A DNA stretch of 64,000 bases from an uncultured virus (IMG/VR IMGVR_UViG_3300008012_000024) (taxonomy: Duplodnaviria > Heunggongvirae > Uroviricota > Caudoviricetes). The stretch lies in IMG/VR virus record IMGVR_UViG_3300008012_000024, positions 1 through 64,000 of that record; one strand, written 5' to 3'. A program made the position numbers and the translations under genes. The notes beneath the pieces are model-generated. The model was not told the DNA's origin. It searched no databases and saw only the letters and a list, made by a program, of their open reading frames with translations. Positions 38,271 to 45,694 of the stretch are shown piece after piece (position 1 is the first letter of the stretch; each line of letters opens with the position of its first letter).

Positions 38271-38299
38271 AGTATAACAAAAAATCGGTTAGGCGTCAA
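38271..38299 (-). promoter_or_regulatory. sigma70-type early promoter of gp32 (TTGACG-N17-TATACT)
   Basis: cgtcaa 38294-38299, agtata 38271-38276. Confidence 0.8.
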
Positions 38300-38621
38300 T
38301 GTATTTTTTAAGTGCCTCGATGGTTGCATTCATACTATCAAAAAGCATAATCATATCAGTTTCTGGTGGAAAACCCATCAGAGCAACTGATTTACGAAGA
38401 TTCTCTTTCATTTCTACCGCTTTAGGGTCGTCTGAAAGAGATAACCTAGTATACATCACTTGCTGCTTTTCTAGCAAGTCTGTGAGAATTTGGACATGTT
38501 CCAACTTTTCTTCACGGGACATTGCACTAAAAGACAATAAACTTCCATAAATTTTTTCTTGAAGATAATTTATCTCTTCAAGTTCTTTTTGAATAATTTC
38601 AGATTCAAAAAAGTCACTCAT
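38289..38621 (-). CDS. DUF1825-like conserved protein
   Basis: FFESEIIQ...EKQQVMYTRLSLSDDP. Confidence 0.7.
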   Translation of the reverse strand: MSDFFESEIIQKELEEINYLQEKIYGSLLSFSAMSREEKLEHVQILTDLLEKQQVMYTRLSLSDDPKAVEMKENLRKSVALMGFPPETDMIMLFDSMNATIEALKKYIDA

Positions 38622-39210
38622 CTACCAGGTCTCTCAAAATTTTCTTGTATTTGAATACATCAATATTTATGAAGGGATTATATTTTTTTAATTTTAAACT
38701 TACGGTTTCCCATACAGGATCTTTTAATTTTTTATCAAAGTTTTTTGAAAAACCAAAAATTTTTTCAAAAATAACGAATGTTTCAAGACTTATTTCTCCA
38801 CCAAGAAATTTTTTTAGTAAAATTGGGTGACCCTTGGAACAATTGAAGAGATTCTCTAATTCGTTGTTCGATAGTAATTCGTTGCTTTGTTCTTTGAACA
38901 AGTAAGTTGAACTCTGACGACGTTTCATCCAATCGGCGTACACTCTTTCGCCAGAATTGATAATTTCTCCAATCCATAGGTTTTGTGGGTTATCGGCAGC
39001 AGCAAAATTAGATACTAAAAAATCCAAAATTTCTTGATCAGAATACTTACGAGAGGTTTTTTCAAACCAATACTTGTCTTTTCTTTTATTGAAAGAAGTA
39101 ATACTCGCACGGGTTTTTGCCCCGTATTTGAAAAAGTCGTATTTTGGATTTGTGAAGTGATTTTTTAGTGACAAATAATGTTGGTAAGTTTCAAAGGGAG
39201 TCACGATCAT
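38614..39210 (-). CDS. gp59: helicase loader gp59
   Basis: YLSLKNHF...YDFFKY...FNKRKDKYWFEK. Confidence 0.92.
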   Translation of the reverse strand: MIVTPFETYQHYLSLKNHFTNPKYDFFKYGAKTRASITSFNKRKDKYWFEKTSRKYSDQEILDFLVSNFAAADNPQNLWIGEIINSGERVYADWMKRRQSSTYLFKEQSNELLSNNELENLFNCSKGHPILLKKFLGGEISLETFVIFEKIFGFSKNFDKKLKDPVWETVSLKLKKYNPFINIDVFKYKKILRDLVDE

Positions 39211-39467
39211 AGTGGCAGTTTAGCTCTCGATGTTTTTTTCATAAAGTTGAGACGAATAGCATCCCACTTTAACTTTTCTTTTAGAGGTTTTGATACAAGT
39301 TTTGTAATTGAATCAACTTCAATATTGTTAGTCTCACAATAGAAACATATTGCATCAATATAATTCATCTTTTCTTTTGCAACAATTTTTTCAATTTCTA
39401 TTGCAAATTTTGATGGTGTTAAAAACTTGTTTTCTAACACGTTTTTTAGATCTTTATTTTGTTCCAT
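39207..39467 (-). CDS. gp33: late promoter co-activator gp33 (start at MEQNK)
   Basis: FAIEIEKIV...YIDAI...KPLKEKLKWDA..LNFM. Confidence 0.9.
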   Translation of the reverse strand: MEQNKDLKNVLENKFLTPSKFAIEIEKIVAKEKMNYIDAICFYCETNNIEVDSITKLVSKPLKEKLKWDAIRLNFMKKTSRAKLPL

Positions 39468-40137
39468 AGAATTCCAATTTATCTCTAACAAACTCTCCAA
39501 TATATTCTGTGAGAAGTTTGATGTACTTTGATTTGTCTCGTTCTTCATAGACGACGCATTCTCCATTTTCGCAAGCCATAATAATTACAAGTTTTTTGAC
39601 TGAAATACCAGTCAGTTCGTACAGCATACAACCATATGCCATGCACTGTACAAAATAGTGATCAATCCACTCCCGTGGTTTCGGTTTAGCAGATGTCTTA
39701 AAGTCGATTATTGCTAATTCGCCGTTGTATTCTGCAATACAATCAACAGTTCCCGCAATCCCTAATTGTTTACTATATAGCGAACCTTCAAGGGTGTATA
39801 TATTATTTATATTTTTAAGAGTTTGCTTAGAGATTTTAAATAAAAAGTCAGAAATAGGTTGTACTTCTGGCAATTCTTCATTCTTTAGAAAATACTCTAC
39901 AAGAGTATGCATATCTGTACCACGACTTGTGGCACGTTTTGTGATGCGTTCTGCTTTTTCTTCCCCTACCCGTTTTCTCCACTTAGCAAAAAATTCTCTA
40001 TTTCTGTGACTGGTAACAGATGTAATGGAGACCAGTCGGAGGAGTTCTTCTTCATCAGGAACTTTATAAAATCTTACTCCATCAATTGTTTCTCTTTCAA
40101 GAGATGGAAGATCAATATCAACATGGTTAAAAATCAT
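39454..40137 (-). CDS. PD-(D/E)XK exonuclease (exonuclease A-like)
   Basis: SITSV, RGTDMH, AGTVDCIA, IIDFKTS, YFVQ..AY. Confidence 0.9.
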   Translation of the reverse strand: MIFNHVDIDLPSLERETIDGVRFYKVPDEEELLRLVSITSVTSHRNREFFAKWRKRVGEEKAERITKRATSRGTDMHTLVEYFLKNEELPEVQPISDFLFKISKQTLKNINNIYTLEGSLYSKQLGIAGTVDCIAEYNGELAIIDFKTSAKPKPREWIDHYFVQCMAYGCMLYELTGISVKKLVIIMACENGECVVYEERDKSKYIKLLTEYIGEFVRDKLEFYGTK

Positions 40138-40835
40138 TTTTCACTCATAAAAAATACTTGTGTTAATCTTGGATCAAAGTTATTAGAGAATAAATTACTA
40201 GCACTATGAAAGTAATTTGAATTATATAAGATTAATCTATTATAAACATTATCAATTTCATGTGTTTTTTCAAATAATTCATCAACTTTATCTTTTATTT
40301 TAATAATGTCTATAGCAGGATTTGGTTTGGGAATATAAGAAGAGTATAGCATATTTTTGTATGCATTGAAATAGTAGTCATATTCTCTTCTAAGATCTGC
40401 AAACTTTTTATTTGTTGATGGATCTGAAATGTTATTTGTATAATTTTTTAATTTATAAAAACTAGTTCCAGAACTTTTAATGGATTTTTTATTTAAATAA
40501 ACAACACCAGAAAGAGTTTTTTTACCATCTATAAAATAGTTTTTATAAAGATCGGTATGTACAAATCCACTATTTAATGATGAATTTTTAAAAGGAGAAA
40601 AAATATATGTTTTATGAAATGAAGTTTCCAAATCATAATTGAATACATCAACACTAGTTTTATTTTTTAATAAAACTGAAAAAGATGTGAAAATATCAGA
40701 GTTATTATCTAATATTGAAGTTCTTTTTCCTGGCCAATTAGAACCTACCTCAGAAGAAAATTTTTGTGATAAGGCATAATTTACAACACTATCTGGATCT
40801 GAATAAAAATTATCTATAACAATAACATCATTCAT
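40134..40835 (-). CDS. DUF6445-like 2OG-Fe(II) oxygenase-fold protein
   Basis: VIDNFYSDPD, WPGKR, HTD, VVYLN, YNRLILY..YFHS, RLTQVFF. Confidence 0.75.
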   Translation of the reverse strand: MNDVIVIDNFYSDPDSVVNYALSQKFSSEVGSNWPGKRTSILDNNSDIFTSFSVLLKNKTSVDVFNYDLETSFHKTYIFSPFKNSSLNSGFVHTDLYKNYFIDGKKTLSGVVYLNKKSIKSSGTSFYKLKNYTNNISDPSTNKKFADLRREYDYYFNAYKNMLYSSYIPKPNPAIDIIKIKDKVDELFEKTHEIDNVYNRLILYNSNYFHSASNLFSNNFDPRLTQVFFMSEK

Positions 40836-41590
40836 AAATTAGTTTCTTGTTTTGCAAGAAGATATTCTTTAACCAAACCAGATCTTACAATATCATTAAC
40901 ATCAAACTCAACAAGATCGACAGAAGGCATAGTTTGCAGTATTTTTATAAAATCAAAGATACCATTCTTATCATTAGTCTTTGTTAAATCAGACTGAGTG
41001 GCATCACCACAAAACATAATTTTAGAGTTTTCACCGATTCGTGTAATTATACTATCAAGTTCGTGGAAAGTTAGATTTTGAAATTCATCAACAATAATAA
41101 TTGCATTATCGAGAGTAGTTCCACGAAGAAAAGAAGTGCTCCAAAACTTAATCGTTTCTTGTGACTTCAAATTACCGTAAAGCATTTCAAAATCTGCATC
41201 ACTGGGCATTTGAAACATATACTTCACCATATTTTTATATGGAATTTGATAAATGTCTGCTTTATCTTCATGAGTACCAGGTAAAAAACCAATTTCCCTG
41301 GTTGCAACTAACGATCTAACCAAATAAATTTTTTCAAAAGGACTATTTTCATCTAATACATCTTTAAGTGCATTATAAAGAGTAATAAACGTTTTACCAG
41401 TTCCAGCACAACCATAGGCAACTAGATGTTTATCTTCTTTATATGAATCAAAATAAGTTTTTTGATTATCAGTAATAGGTTCAATATCAATAAGATATTC
41501 TAACCCTAATGGTTTTCTACGCTTCATCTGCTTTACAGTGAGTCCAACCCCAATAGGTTGCTCTGCAGATCCTCTTTTTCTTCTTGCCAT
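40832..41590 (-). CDS. phoH: PhoH family ATPase
   Basis: GCAGTGKT, IGFLPG, FLRGTT, DEFQN, GDATQSD, IVRSGLV. Confidence 0.96.
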   Translation of the reverse strand: MARRKRGSAEQPIGVGLTVKQMKRRKPLGLEYLIDIEPITDNQKTYFDSYKEDKHLVAYGCAGTGKTFITLYNALKDVLDENSPFEKIYLVRSLVATREIGFLPGTHEDKADIYQIPYKNMVKYMFQMPSDADFEMLYGNLKSQETIKFWSTSFLRGTTLDNAIIIVDEFQNLTFHELDSIITRIGENSKIMFCGDATQSDLTKTNDKNGIFDFIKILQTMPSVDLVEFDVNDIVRSGLVKEYLLAKQETNL

Positions 41591-41599
41591 ACTAGAATA

Positions 41600-41845
41600 C
41601 TAAATCTTTTTTACGTTTGCGCCAGGCATAGATGCTGCTCTTCCAAGGACATCATTCCATCCTGGATTTTTAGCAACTAATTTACTCTGCCATTCACCAA
41701 CTTCACCAAATCCTGGTGCGTTGTATGGAGTATAGTATCTTTCCCATTCTGGGTTGTCTTCTCTCCACTGATCCCATTCGTGAACACTCATCTTCACTTC
41801 TTTGGTTTCACCAGTTTCTTTATGTTTTACAGGATAAGTTGCCAT
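41600..41845 (-). CDS. conserved T4-like cyanophage hypothetical protein
   Basis: MATYPV...TGETKE...GWNDVL; TATAAATA at 41869-41876 upstream. Confidence 0.8.
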   Translation of the reverse strand: MATYPVKHKETGETKEVKMSVHEWDQWREDNPEWERYYTPYNAPGFGEVGEWQSKLVAKNPGWNDVLGRAASMPGANVKKI

Positions 41846-41871
41846 TCTTTATAATTTCAATACGAAAATAT

Positions 41872-42510
41872 TTATACCCATTCAAGTGCTTCAGCAACTG
41901 TTGGAAACTGTTCAATAAAAATCTTCTTACATCCATTTGCTACATCCATGTGCTCTTTCTGAGTGCCGTTTGCAGACCTCAGAGTTATATAATGGATCCA
42001 TGACCTGCATGATCCTGACATGTAGATTTTTGTTGGTACGCAGAGTGGAAGCACATTTCTTGCACATTCCTTTGCGACACCACGTTCAAGCATTTGCTTG
42101 TACAAAGCCATGGAAGAATCAAAGAGAGTTTGCATCTGAAGTTGCAGAGTCTGAACATCAAAAGGATCCAAATCATCAATAGAATTTTGACGATTCTTCG
42201 TGTCTTGCCTACGAAGTTCTGGTAGTGGAATCTTATCAAAACCTAACAGAGATGAATCAGCGTACCGCTGGGAAAACTCTTGATATGTGAACGAACGGTG
42301 ACGCAAAATTTGAGCTGCGATTGCCCTGGTAGTTTCAATCTCCAGAGTCATGAAACTTTGCTCAAATACACTCCAGTGATTATGTTTAATACAATATTTC
42401 AAAAGTCCTGCATATTTTTCGTTTTCTTGATTTGCAGGATTAGAAACTCTGGCAACATATGCCATAGTTTCTTCTGCATCTGGAGTTACACTAATCAGTT
42501 TTACGGTCAT
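41872..42510 (-). CDS. thyX: flavin-dependent thymidylate synthase
   Basis: HWSVFE, QILRHRSFTYQEFSQRY, ARNVLP. Confidence 0.97.
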   Translation of the reverse strand: MTVKLISVTPDAEETMAYVARVSNPANQENEKYAGLLKYCIKHNHWSVFEQSFMTLEIETTRAIAAQILRHRSFTYQEFSQRYADSSLLGFDKIPLPELRRQDTKNRQNSIDDLDPFDVQTLQLQMQTLFDSSMALYKQMLERGVAKECARNVLPLCVPTKIYMSGSCRSWIHYITLRSANGTQKEHMDVANGCKKIFIEQFPTVAEALEWV

Positions 42511-42677
42511 TTACCAAATCCTTTGTAATTTTGTTTTTCAATTTCGGAAATTTGTTCTTTAAGATTGGAAAGTTCTTTTTTCATTTCTACAATCCTTTCT
42601 TCATCATAAAGATGATCTTGCTTGATAAGTCTTTCAAGCAATTTTACAAGACGTTTAGCTCTTGTCGTATCAGTCAT
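42507..42677 (-). CDS. hypothetical protein (start at MTDTTR)
   Basis: ORF coupled on both sides; KGFGK C-terminus common in cyanophages. Confidence 0.7.
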   Translation of the reverse strand: MTDTTRAKRLVKLLERLIKQDHLYDEERIVEMKKELSNLKEQISEIEKQNYKGFGK

Positions 42678-42834
42678 CATCATCCTCAAAGATTTCATCG
42701 TAATCTAGTTCTTTTCTTTTTGAAGTAGATTCTGGATATTTATATGCTTCCACATCAGATAGAACTTCAGCTTTTAGAGAATCAACCAATAATTCCAAAT
42801 TACGAACTATTAGTTTTAACCTTTCTTTGTCCAT
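42670..42834 (-). CDS. 54-aa conserved hypothetical protein (not in ORF track)
   Basis: MDKERLKLIVRNLELLVDSLKAEVLSDVEAY...DYDEIFEDDDD. Confidence 0.75.
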   Translation of the reverse strand: MDKERLKLIVRNLELLVDSLKAEVLSDVEAYKYPESTSKRKELDYDEIFEDDDD

Positions 42835-42865
42835 AAATTATTTTCATTATTATAGAGTATAGCAC

Positions 42866-42890
42866 AAAAAAAGAGGGTGATCAACCCTCA
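42866..42890 (-). terminator. intrinsic terminator
   Basis: GAGGGT-TGATC-ACCCTC followed by T7. Confidence 0.8.
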
Positions 42891-43063
42891 GTGTCTAATA
42901 GAATTCTGCAGATTCGCTTACATGTAGCTTGGTCTTCGTCGCATTCAATTAAGCAGTCAAAGTAATCGTTTACCAGATCTAATTCCTCATTACATCGGTT
43001 TAGCGTACTCTCAAAATGATTCCATTCTGCTAATTGGTTGCGAGAAATGAGATTATGCATCAC
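42881..43063 (-). CDS. 60-aa Cys-rich small protein
   Basis: DYFDCLIECDEDQATCKRICR; strong GGAGGTG RBS. Confidence 0.8.
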   Translation of the reverse strand: MMHNLISRNQLAEWNHFESTLNRCNEELDLVNDYFDCLIECDEDQATCKRICRILLDTEG

Positions 43064-43138
43064 ACCTCCAACGCAATTTTAACATTAATTTAGAAAATCA
43101 TAATAAAGAAAAAATTTCAGAACATAAGCAGAACCTTA

Positions 43139-43178
43139 ATTCTATTCTATGTAGTAATGTTTTGGTATCTTAATATAC
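43139..43178 (-). promoter_or_regulatory. NtcA-type box GTA-N8-TAC with downstream TAGAAT -10
   Basis: GTATCTTAATATAC at 43165-43178; TAGAAT at 43144-43139, 20-nt spacer. Confidence 0.55.
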
Positions 43179-43203
43179 TATTGTAACTTTTTAATGTAAG
43201 TAC

Positions 43204-43232
43204 AAAAAAAGAGAGGTTTCTTAACCTCTCTT
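43204..43232 (-). terminator. intrinsic terminator of the riboswitch/DUF4278 transcript
   Basis: AGAGAGGTT-AAGA-AACCTCTCT followed by T-tract. Confidence 0.85.
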
Positions 43233-43319
43233 ATGTAAAAGTGTTAACTTTCCGTAAACTAAACCAAGAAATGCAATACTAAAAATAGAACCTAATGATA
43301 CTACTTATAATGCTTGCAC
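43221..43319 (-). pseudogene. possible small membrane-protein gene interrupted by TAA at codon 5
   Basis: GAGG RBS then GTG CAA GCA TTA TAA, followed in frame by VVSLGSIFSIAFLGLVYGKLTLLHKRG*. Confidence 0.4.
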
Positions 43320-43326
43320 AATTGCC

Positions 43327-43491
43327 TCACTTATTATAAGTGTGACCGCGATAGCAGAAAGTACCATGTACTTCATCAGCACCTTGCTTACACTCATACT
43401 TGACACCACGATAAGTGGTCATTGCGATTTGAGCGTCGTGCAGTGCTGCTGCTTTTTTAATTTGCTTTTTAATGAGATTGAGGGTGTTCAT
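43327..43491 (-). CDS. DUF4278-like protein, 54 aa (not in ORF track)
   Basis: MNTLNLIKKQIKKAAALHDAQIAMTTYRGVKYECKQGADEVHGTFCYRGHTYNK; two YRG.xY motifs; AGGAG RBS. Confidence 0.85.
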   Translation of the reverse strand: MNTLNLIKKQIKKAAALHDAQIAMTTYRGVKYECKQGADEVHGTFCYRGHTYNK

Positions 43492-43556
43492 TGTAGGTCT
43501 CCTAAAAGAATGGGTGAAAATTAACCTTCTCAGCTTTCGCTGGATCCGTTTTTTCC

Positions 43557-43744
43557 CGTTCCTTCAGTCGTTTGCGTCCCAGTAGAATTCACATTCAGGT
43601 ACAGATTCCTTTACGGTCTCTACCAATTCTACCACCACTTGTGGAGGTAGTTCTGATCTATTTTTTGTGATCCTGAACAATAATGCATCAGCATCAGTAC
43701 AAGTTATACTTGAATATAAAAGTAATTCTAGCATGGGATGAACG
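43557..43744 (-). ncRNA. glutamine riboswitch-like aptamer 2 with ORF-filled P2 loop
   Basis: CGUUC-A-UCCCA...UGGGA-CGCAAACGACUGAAG-GAACG. Confidence 0.75.
43564..43734 (-). CDS. 56-aa two-Cys protein nested in aptamer 2 (not in ORF track)
   Basis: MLELLLYSSITCTDADALLFRITKNRSELPPQVVVELVETVKESVPECEFYWDAND; GGAG 10 nt upstream; resembles 43770..43970. Confidence 0.75.
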   Translation of the reverse strand: MLELLLYSSITCTDADALLFRITKNRSELPPQVVVELVETVKESVPECEFYWDAND

Positions 43745-43747
43745 CTC

Positions 43748-43980
43748 CGTTCCGCGACTTACTTGCGTCCTATGTATACACTCCGTTACATTCACCTGGT
43801 ACTTTTGATTTGAGGTAAGCGATTAGACTCAACTTCGACCGAAGGTCAAGGTTTGGATCTAATCGGATTTCCGTAGATCGTTGTAACCACCTTTCACAAG
43901 ACATGTGCCAATCGTAAGGATTAGCGTCATTATGATGGGCAAGGGTGAATGCCAGCAGTAGTGCTAACATTGGATGAACG
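43748..43980 (-). ncRNA. glutamine riboswitch-like aptamer 1 with ORF-filled P2 loop
   Basis: CGUUC-A-UCCaAUGU...ACAUaGGA-CGCAAGUAAGUCGCG-GAACG. Confidence 0.75.
43770..43970 (-). CDS. 66-aa two-Cys protein with hydrophobic N-terminus nested in aptamer 1
   Basis: ORF track; C...I..D.NL....K..L...LK.KVP.EC. Confidence 0.75.
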   Translation of the reverse strand: MLALLLAFTLAHHNDANPYDWHMSCERWLQRSTEIRLDPNLDLRSKLSLIAYLKSKVPGECNGVYT

Positions 43981-43989
43981 TACTAGAGT

Positions 43990-44018
43990 ATTATAACTCC
44001 TATGTACTATGTAGTCAA
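43990..44018 (-). promoter_or_regulatory. sigma70-type promoter TTGACT-N17-TATAAT
   Basis: agtcaa 44013-44018, attata 43990-43995; predicted TSS near 43983, just before aptamer 1. Confidence 0.85.
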
Positions 44019-44025
44019 GTAGTTA

Positions 44026-44041
44026 TGTAACTTATGATACA
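44026..44041. promoter_or_regulatory. NtcA box TGTA-N8-TACA
   Basis: tGTAacttatgaTACa, core 8 nt upstream of the -35 element. Confidence 0.7.
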
Positions 44042-44101
44042 ATTTTAAAAAACCTTACAGGTTAAAAATTTTGGCGAATTTTTTTCGGGGTTATTGGGAA
44101 A

Positions 44102-44461
44102 TCACTTTCGCTTTTTCTTTTCGGTGGGTGCTTTATACCCCCAGAGTTTTGGATTCACTGTACCATAACCAAAATCAATTTTCTGTATTGATCCTTTACC
44201 ATACTTATCATAATACATATCAAACAACTTAGATATTTTACTACATCTAGTAAGATCCATATACTCAATACCATCAACGATATACCAAATTAATCTGGCA
44301 TCATTTGGCCAAGATGGATCTTTAACTTGTTCTAAAGTTGCTTTCTCAACCAAAATACTACAACCATATCTAGCTGTGGAATTTTCTTTTTCTTCGTTAC
44401 TCCATTCCACAGATGATCCTCCAGTTTCCTTAGATTTTACTTCATCATAAGTCTCATTCAT
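44102..44461 (-). CDS. conserved cyanophage hypothetical protein (start at MNETY)
   Basis: FDMYYDKYG...IDFGYGTVNPKLWG. Confidence 0.8.
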   Translation of the reverse strand: MNETYDEVKSKETGGSSVEWSNEEKENSTARYGCSILVEKATLEQVKDPSWPNDARLIWYIVDGIEYMDLTRCSKISKLFDMYYDKYGKGSIQKIDFGYGTVNPKLWGYKAPTEKKKRK

Positions 44462-45048
44462 GAGCGATTTCCCCATTTAATATCAGGATACGCAGTAGAA
44501 ACAATATCTTTAGTGATATTGTACTTGGTTTGCAGTTTTTTATCTTTAATTAAGATTAAAATTTCTGCTTCCAAAGGATGTAAACCCCTAAGCATATCAA
44601 TGAAAAGAGTTTCTCTCCTCATAGAATTCATACCAGGATTTCCACCACGAAGAAAATTATAAAACTTACGAAATTCTTTACGAATGGTAGTTTGCCCCTG
44701 ATCATTCATGCCAAGTGAGTTACTACCAAGTTCTTCCATTTTTTTAACTGCATCACCAATTTTGCCACTCATATCACCACTAAAAGCATTTTGTTCACCA
44801 TTAGTAGCATAAGGAACAGGTCCTTCTGGAAGAAGACTGATTACACTCTCATCAAAATTCCAAATAAAAACTGCTTTAAGAGAATTATCTCCGTATTTTT
44901 GAAGAACCTCAACTTTTTTTGCTTTACTACGCTGTTTGGAAGCTAATTGTAAAACTTCAAAAGCAAAAGGATTTTTTGCAAGATCTGGAATAGGTTTAGA
45001 TGCTGCTTTTTTCCTAGTCGTCGTCTTCTTCTGATTGGTTGTCGTCAT
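44458..45048 (-). CDS. conserved T4-like hypothetical protein (DUF6433-like; start at MTTTNQ)
   Basis: WNFDESVISLLPEG.VPY, RRETLFI.ML.GLHP.EA. Confidence 0.8.
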   Translation of the reverse strand: MTTTNQKKTTTRKKAASKPIPDLAKNPFAFEVLQLASKQRSKAKKVEVLQKYGDNSLKAVFIWNFDESVISLLPEGPVPYATNGEQNAFSGDMSGKIGDAVKKMEELGSNSLGMNDQGQTTIRKEFRKFYNFLRGGNPGMNSMRRETLFIDMLRGLHPLEAEILILIKDKKLQTKYNITKDIVSTAYPDIKWGNRS

Positions 45049-45241
45049 AATAGTTTTCAAAATTAAATGCAATTACCTCATCGGGTATTAGGTTCCCGTT
45101 ACCATCAAACATTTCGGGATGAGGTCTTGGTACTTCCCGATAATTCATCATGTATTCTCTCGCGGTCCACCCAACAACAGTTCCTAGTATAAGAAACAAA
45201 ATAGTCAAAAATGATCCAAAAACTAAACTTACTGCTAACAT
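45014..45241 (-). CDS. small membrane protein
   Basis: N-terminal TM, HPEMFD.NGN motif. Confidence 0.75.
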   Translation of the reverse strand: MLAVSLVFGSFLTILFLILGTVVGWTAREYMMNYREVPRPHPEMFDGNGNLIPDEVIAFNFENYYDDNQSEEDDD

Positions 45242-45261
45242 TGTTCTTACCTCTTAGGAAA

Positions 45262-45450
45262 CTATTTTTCTTTTTTCTTTATATTTAAAGAAAATTCAAA
45301 ATAAAGATTAATTTCCCTTCTACGAAAATTTAATACTTTATTTGTAATAAAGTGTATAACGTTGGGTTTTTTCTTTTTGCCTCCGCGTAAAACAAATTCA
45401 ACTCCTCGGTTAATAGGAATCTTAGAATTATTTATATTGTTATTAGACAA
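45262..45450 (-). CDS. hypothetical protein
   Basis: INRGVE..LR...REI.L.F; coupled to glutaredoxin. Confidence 0.6.
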   Translation of the reverse strand: MSNNNINNSKIPINRGVEFVLRGGKKKKPNVIHFITNKVLNFRRREINLYFEFSLNIKKKEK

Positions 45451-45676
45451 ATTGTTTTTCTTTTAAAAATTTAATTGTATCTGTACATCCACCCAAGTAT
45501 TCATCTTCATAAATTACTTGAGGAAAAGTTGATTCACTTCCAAATTTAGAAATAAAATCATCCCTGGTAAAATCTTTTCCCAGAGTAAGTTCCTCATAAG
45601 AGTTACCTGTTAATTCTATCACTTGTTTAACTTTATAGCAATACTTACAATTTTTTCTAGTAAAAATTTTAAACAA
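45443..45676 (-). CDS. nrdC: glutaredoxin
   Basis: CKYC, TFPQV, LGGCTD; TTG start with GGAGG RBS. Confidence 0.9.
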   Translation of the reverse strand: MFKIFTRKNCKYCYKVKQVIELTGNSYEELTLGKDFTRDDFISKFGSESTFPQVIYEDEYLGGCTDTIKFLKEKQFV

Positions 45677-45694
45677 AATTAAATTCCTCCTTTT

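Noticed and set aside
37701..38390. 229-aa plus-strand ORF
   Set aside because: Antisense shadow of gp32 with no recognisable motif
42881..43063. CP12
   Set aside because: Cys-rich but lacks the AWD.VEEL core and the C-terminal C.x8.C..YD motif
43342..43524. 60-aa plus-strand ORF from the track
   Set aside because: Antisense to the better supported DUF4278-like ORF, which has an RBS and family motifs
44041..44100. A/T-tract element upstream of the NtcA box as an origin or bent-DNA site
   Set aside because: Spacing is irregular and such tracts are common in this AT-rich genome
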